From: Eubacteriales bacterium
Lineage (GTDB): Bacteria; Bacillota; Clostridia; Oscillospirales; CAG-272
Reading direction: 5' to 3'
DNA: 42,289 nt
Assembly: GCA_045634705.1 (NCBI GenBank)
Contig: JAZRAU010000061.1
Coordinates: forward strand, 1 to 42,289
Shown here: positions 37,877 to 42,289 of the stretch, piece by piece
Layout of the letters: each line of letters opens with the position of its first letter
How positions within the stretch are numbered: position 1 is the stretch's first letter
Notes under the pieces: generated by a model
What the model was told of the DNA's origin: nothing
The model's database searches: none
The model's input: only the letters and a program-made list of their open reading frames with translations
Position numbers and translations under genes: made by a program

Positions 37877-40165
37877 GTGAACGAAAACCTGAATGGTATG
37901 GAAAAAAAGCTCCATGCGATCGCCGCCCGTGTGAAGGACCTGCGTCAGATCACGGGGCTTTCGGTGGAGGAAATGGCCGCCCGTACGGGCATCAGCGCCG
38001 AGGAGTATGAGCAGTGTGAGGCGGGCAACCGCAACCTCAGCATTGCGTTTCTCTATCACTGCGCGCTGAGCTTTGGCGTGGATATGGCCGATATCCTGGA
38101 GGGCCGCAGCCCCACCCTGCGCTCCTATGCTCTCACACGCCGCGGCGAGGGCCAGCGCTTTGAGGAGGCCCACGATATGGTGGGCTTCAACCTCGCGTCG
38201 GGATTCCGCAACCGTATCGCCCTGCCCCTTTACATGGAGCTGAACTATCGGGAGGGCGCGGAGAATGAGCCGATCGAGCTTGTGACTCACGAGGGCCAGG
38301 AGTGCGACATCGTCATCCGCGGCAGAATGAAGATCAGGATCGGTGAGCACACCGAGGTCCTTTCCGAGGGCGACTGCATTTATTACGATTCGGGCACGCC
38401 TCACGGCATGGTGGCTGTGGGGGGCGAGGATTGCACCTTCTATGCGATCGTTCTCCGCAACCAGGCCGCCCGAGAGGGAGAGCCTGAGGCCGCCGCGCTT
38501 TCGATCACCACCAAGCGCCGTGGCGAGGACGGCGAGCGCCGCATCTATCAGGATTTCATCATCCCCACCGAGGAGAACGGCGTTCTCACAAAGATCGCCT
38601 TCAAGAACGAGGAGTCCTTCAACTTCGCCTTTGACGTTGTCGATGCCCTCGGCAAAAGAAAGCCCGATAAGCTGGCCATGCTGCACGTCAGCGCTGACGG
38701 CACCGAGCGCCGCTTCACCTTCGCGGATATGAAGAAGGAGTCGGCGAGAGTCGCCAACTACTTCAAGTCGATCGGCATTGGCCGCGGCGACCGCGTGATG
38801 CTGGTGCTCAAGCGCCATTACCAGTTCTGGTTCTCGATCCTTGCCTTACATAAGCTGGGCGCCGTGGCGATCCCTGCCCCCAATCAGCTTCTTGAAAAGG
38901 ATTTTGCCTACCGCTTTGCGGCGGGGAACATCAAGGCGATCGTCTGCACGGCGGACGGTGAGGTCGCGGACGCCGTCGACAAGGCCGCCGTTGGCTGTGA
39001 GTGCCTCTCGCATAAGATCCTTGTGGGCGGCAAGCGTGACGGCTGGCGTGACTTCAACGAGGAATACGGCATGTACAGCAGCCACTTTGCCCGTACCGCC
39101 GATACCCCCTCGGGCAGCGACCCGATGCTGATGTTCTTCACCTCGGGCACCTCAGGCTACCCGAAGATCGCCGCGCACAATTACAAGTACCCTCTCGGAC
39201 ACTTCATCACTGCCAGGTATTGGCACCAGGTGAATCCCGAGGGACTTCACCTCACCATTTCGGATACGGGCTGGGCAAAGGCCATGTGGGGCAAGATGTA
39301 CGGCCAGTGGCTGTGCGAGGCTGCCAACTTCGTCTATGACTTTGACCGCTTTGATGCCGAAAAGATCCTGCCCCTCTTCAAGAAGTACAACATCACCACC
39401 TTCTGTGCGCCTCCCACCATGTACCGTATGCTCATCAAGCAGGACCTTGGCCGCTTTGATCTTTCGAGCATCGAGCACGCATCCACCGCGGGCGAGGCCC
39501 TGAACCCCGAGGTCTTCCGTCAGTTTGAAAAGCACACGGGCCTTAAGATCATGGAGGGCTTCGGCCAGTCCGAAAGCACCCTGATCGTCGGCAACCTCGC
39601 GGGCGGCAGCCATAAGATCGGCTCAATGGGTAAGCCCGTTCCGCTGTATGACGTCCGCCTTCTGAACACCGAGGGTGAGGAGGTTGCCAGCGGTGAGAGC
39701 GGTGAGATCTGCATCAGCATCAGGGAAGGCCTGCCCTGTGGCCTTGCCTACGCCTACGAGGGCAATCCCGAGATCACGGCCGAGACCTGGCGTGACGGCT
39801 ATTACCACACGGGGGACCTCGCGTGGCGCGATGAGGACGGCTTCCTCTGGTACGTCGGCCGTGCCGATGACGTCATCAAGTCGTCGGGCTACCGCATCGG
39901 TCCCTTTGAGATCGAAAACGTCATTATGGAGCTGCCGTACGTCCTTGAGTGCGGCGTGTCCGCCGCCCCCGATGAGATCCGCGGTCAGGTCGTTAAGGCC
40001 AGCATCGTGCTTGTCAAGGGCACCGAGGGCACGGACGAGCTGAAAAAGGAGATCCAGAATTACGTCAAGTCCCGTACCGCTCCCTATAAGTACCCCCGCA
40101 TCGTGGAATTCAAGGATACCCTGCCGAAGACCACCAGCGGTAAGATCATCCGAAAATTGCTGTAA
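37877..40165 (+). CDS. Fusion of an XRE HTH-cupin domain and a medium/branched-chain acyl-CoA synthetase (paralogue 2)
   Basis: Same architecture as paralogue 1 (HEGQE, TPHG, FTSGTSGYPK, GFGQSE, PKTTSGK); GTG start after GAGGTG, with ATG 37898 as an alternative. Confidence 0.9.
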   Translation: MNENLNGMEKKLHAIAARVKDLRQITGLSVEEMAARTGISAEEYEQCEAGNRNLSIAFLYHCALSFGVDMADILEGRSPTLRSYALTRRGEGQRFEEAHDMVGFNLASGFRNRIALPLYMELNYREGAENEPIELVTHEGQECDIVIRGRMKIRIGEHTEVLSEGDCIYYDSGTPHGMVAVGGEDCTFYAIVLRNQAAREGEPEAAALSITTKRRGEDGERRIYQDFIIPTEENGVLTKIAFKNEESFNFAFDVVDALGKRKPDKLAMLHVSADGTERRFTFADMKKESARVANYFKSIGIGRGDRVMLVLKRHYQFWFSILALHKLGAVAIPAPNQLLEKDFAYRFAAGNIKAIVCTADGEVADAVDKAAVGCECLSHKILVGGKRDGWRDFNEEYGMYSSHFARTADTPSGSDPMLMFFTSGTSGYPKIAAHNYKYPLGHFITARYWHQVNPEGLHLTISDTGWAKAMWGKMYGQWLCEAANFVYDFDRFDAEKILPLFKKYNITTFCAPPTMYRMLIKQDLGRFDLSSIEHASTAGEALNPEVFRQFEKHTGLKIMEGFGQSESTLIVGNLAGGSHKIGSMGKPVPLYDVRLLNTEGEEVASGESGEICISIREGLPCGLAYAYEGNPEITAETWRDGYYHTGDLAWRDEDGFLWYVGRADDVIKSSGYRIGPFEIENVIMELPYVLECGVSAAPDEIRGQVVKASIVLVKGTEGTDELKKEIQNYVKSRTAPYKYPRIVEFKDTLPKTTSGKIIRKLL

Positions 40166-40174
40166 GAGATCGTT

Positions 40175-40843
40175 ATGGAAGATAAGCGCCTAACCCTGTT
40201 TGCAGGACACTACGGTAGCGGCAAAACCAATATTGCCGTAAACTATGCTTTGCATCTTGCGAAACAGGGACACAAGGTCTGCATTGCCGACCTTGACATC
40301 GTCAACCCCTATTTTCGCACCAAGGACAGCGCTGCCGAGCTTTCGGCGGCGGGGGTGCATCTCATCTCGCCGCAGTACGCCAACACCAACGTGGATCTGC
40401 CCGCCCTGCCGGCGGAAAGCTACCGCCTTGTGCAGGATAAGTCGATCTACGGCATCATGGATATCGGCGGTGATGACAGAGGCGCCTTTGCGCTCGGCCG
40501 CTTTGCCGACGCTGTTCGCGAGGAGGGGAATTACCGCATGGCCTTTGTGGTCAACTGCCACCGTCCCCTCACAAGCACGGTCAGCGATACCGTGGAAATC
40601 ATGAGAGAAATCGAGGCGGCCGCAGGCCTTGCCTTTACCGCCATTGTCAACAACTCAAACCTCGGCCCCGAGACCACGGAGGGGACGGTGCGCGCATCGC
40701 TCCCGTTTGTTTTTGAGCTGTGTCGCGTGACGGGGCTTCCGCTTTGGATGCACACGGCGATGCCCGCGGTAGCGGAGAAGCTCACGGAGCTTCCCGTGTT
40801 GCCCCTCACCCTGCAAAAGAAATACTTTGACCTGCCCGGCTGA
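40175..40843 (+). CDS. P-loop ATP-binding protein (MinD/ParA/SIMIBI-like), function unknown
   Basis: GHYGSGKT, IADLDIVNPYFR, DIGGDDRG. Confidence 0.8.
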   Translation: MEDKRLTLFAGHYGSGKTNIAVNYALHLAKQGHKVCIADLDIVNPYFRTKDSAAELSAAGVHLISPQYANTNVDLPALPAESYRLVQDKSIYGIMDIGGDDRGAFALGRFADAVREEGNYRMAFVVNCHRPLTSTVSDTVEIMREIEAAAGLAFTAIVNNSNLGPETTEGTVRASLPFVFELCRVTGLPLWMHTAMPAVAEKLTELPVLPLTLQKKYFDLPG

Positions 40844-40886
40844 CAGGATTGCCGAAACCGACAGGCTAACACAAGGAGGAGTATCC

Positions 40887-41093
40887 ATGCCAAAAGTAAC
40901 GTTCAAAACCGACCTTTGCAAGGGCTGCGGACTGTGCGTCAATGCCTGCCCGAAGGGCTGCCTTGCCATTGCGGAGGATAAGCTCAACCAGAAGGGCTAT
41001 TCCCCTGCGTTTATGAAGGAACAGGAAAAATGCATCGGCTGTGCTTTCTGTGCCACTATGTGCCCGGATTGCATCATCACGGTGGAAAAGTAA
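40887..41093 (+). CDS. 2[4Fe-4S] ferredoxin-like delta subunit of a 2-oxoacid:ferredoxin oxidoreductase
   Basis: CKGCGLCVNACP and CIGCAFCATMCPD; AGGAGG RBS. Confidence 0.9.
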   Translation: MPKVTFKTDLCKGCGLCVNACPKGCLAIAEDKLNQKGYSPAFMKEQEKCIGCAFCATMCPDCIITVEK

Positions 41094-41103
41094 GGAGACT
41101 ATC

Positions 41104-42165
41104 ATGGCAGAAAGAATTTTGATGAAGGGCAACGAGGCGATTGCCGAGGCCGCGATCCGCGCGGGTTGCCGTCACTATTTCGGGTATCCCATTACCCCCC
41201 AGACCGAGATCGCCGCGTACATGGCCAAAAAGATGCCGAAGATCGGCGGCGTGTTCCTTCAGGCTGAGAGTGAGATCGCGTCGATCAATATGGTGTACGG
41301 TGCCGCCGCCGCGGGTATGCGCGTGATGACATCGTCGTCGAGCCCCGGAATCTCCCTGAAGGCCGAGGGCCTCAGCTACATCGCCGGCTCGGATATCCCC
41401 GCCCTCGTTGTCAACGTTCAGCGCGGTGGCCCCGGCCTTGGCGGTATCCAGCCCTCGCAGTCGGATTATTTCCAGGCCACCAAGGGTGGCGGCCACGGCG
41501 ACTACCGCATGATCGTCCTGGCGCCTGCCTCGGTGCAGGAAATGGCCAGCCTGACGATCAAGGGCTTTGACCTTGCCGACAAGTATTGTGTCACCTCAAT
41601 GATCCTTGCCGACGGTACGATCGGCCAGATGATGGAGCCCATCACCTTTGAGGATGCCGAGCCCACCGTCTATGAAAAGCCCTGGGCCCTCACGGGCACC
41701 GAGGGGAAGCGCCCCCACAACGTTGTCAACTCGCTCTACTTGAAGCCCGATGAGCTGGAAAAGAAGAACTTTGAGCGCTTCGAGAAGTACAAGACGATCG
41801 AGGAGAACGAGTGCCTGTACGAGGAGTACATGATGGAGGATGCCGAGATCTGCGTTGTCGCGTTCGGCATCGCCTCGCGCGTGGCCAAGAACGCGGTGGT
41901 CGCCGCAAGAAGCGAGGGCATCAAGGTCGGTCTTATCCGTCCGATCACCCTTTGGCCCTTCCCCAAGGCGCCCCTTGCCAAGGCCGCCGATAAGGTCAAG
42001 GCGTTTGTCTCGGTCGAGCTCAGCATGGGCCAGATGATCGAGGACGTTCGCCTCGCCACCCAGTGCAAAAAGCCCGTGGCCCTCTGTAACCGCTGCGGCG
42101 GTATGATCCCCGGTCCCGATGAGGTGCTGGCGTCGATCAAGAAGGCCGAGAAAGGAGAGTTCTGA
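41104..42165 (+). CDS. vorB: 2-oxoacid:ferredoxin oxidoreductase alpha subunit (3-methyl-2-oxobutanoate dehydrogenase VorB-like)
   Basis: MKGNEAIAEAA, FGYPITPQTE, QAESE, TSSSSPG, RGGPGLG, QSDY, ELSMGQM. Confidence 0.85.
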   Translation: MAERILMKGNEAIAEAAIRAGCRHYFGYPITPQTEIAAYMAKKMPKIGGVFLQAESEIASINMVYGAAAAGMRVMTSSSSPGISLKAEGLSYIAGSDIPALVVNVQRGGPGLGGIQPSQSDYFQATKGGGHGDYRMIVLAPASVQEMASLTIKGFDLADKYCVTSMILADGTIGQMMEPITFEDAEPTVYEKPWALTGTEGKRPHNVVNSLYLKPDELEKKNFERFEKYKTIEENECLYEEYMMEDAEICVVAFGIASRVAKNAVVAARSEGIKVGLIRPITLWPFPKAPLAKAADKVKAFVSVELSMGQMIEDVRLATQCKKPVALCNRCGGMIPGPDEVLASIKKAEKGEF

Positions 42166-42168
42166 GCT

Positions 42169-42289
42169 ATGGCAGTCGTATTTGAAAAACCCAAGGCTCT
42201 GACCGATACTGTATTCCACTATTGCCCCGGCTGCCCCCACGGCATCATCCACCGTCTTGTGGCGGAGGTCATGGATGAGCTGGGCATCG
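42169..42289 (+). CDS. 2-oxoacid:ferredoxin oxidoreductase beta (TPP-binding) subunit, 5' part (truncated)
   Basis: [34 protein letters not shown]; CPGC motif; directly follows the alpha subunit. Confidence 0.85.
   Translation, partial: MAVVFEKPKALTDTVFHYCPGCPHGIIHRLVAEVMDELGI

Overview
GC-rich chromosomal window from a Bacillota (Clostridia-type) anaerobe. In order: a truncated CDS; a cluster of MITE/REP-like inverted repeats; polA with an overlapping upstream membrane-protein gene (minus strand); the S10-spc-alpha ribosomal protein superoperon from rpsJ to rplQ (with secY, adk, map, rpoA and an infA that appears to start at CTG); a complete minus-strand shikimate/Phe/Tyr operon (pheA-aroB-aroC-aroE/aroK fusion-aroQ-aroA-tyrA-aroF); and uraA-upp. 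The most unusual part is 30.8-42.3 kb, where two back-to-back T-box riboswitches face outward. The Leu (CUC) T-box controls a catalytically degenerate LeuA-like protein and a TIM-barrel/acyl-CoA synthetase fusion. The Ile (AUC) T-box controls an XRE-cupin/acyl-CoA synthetase fusion, which is followed by a paralogue, a P-loop ATPase and a VOR-type 2-oxoacid:ferredoxin oxidoreductase. I infer a module that makes branched-chain amino acids from branched-chain fatty acids by CoA activation and reductive carboxylation. All calls are from reading the sequence; no database searches were run.
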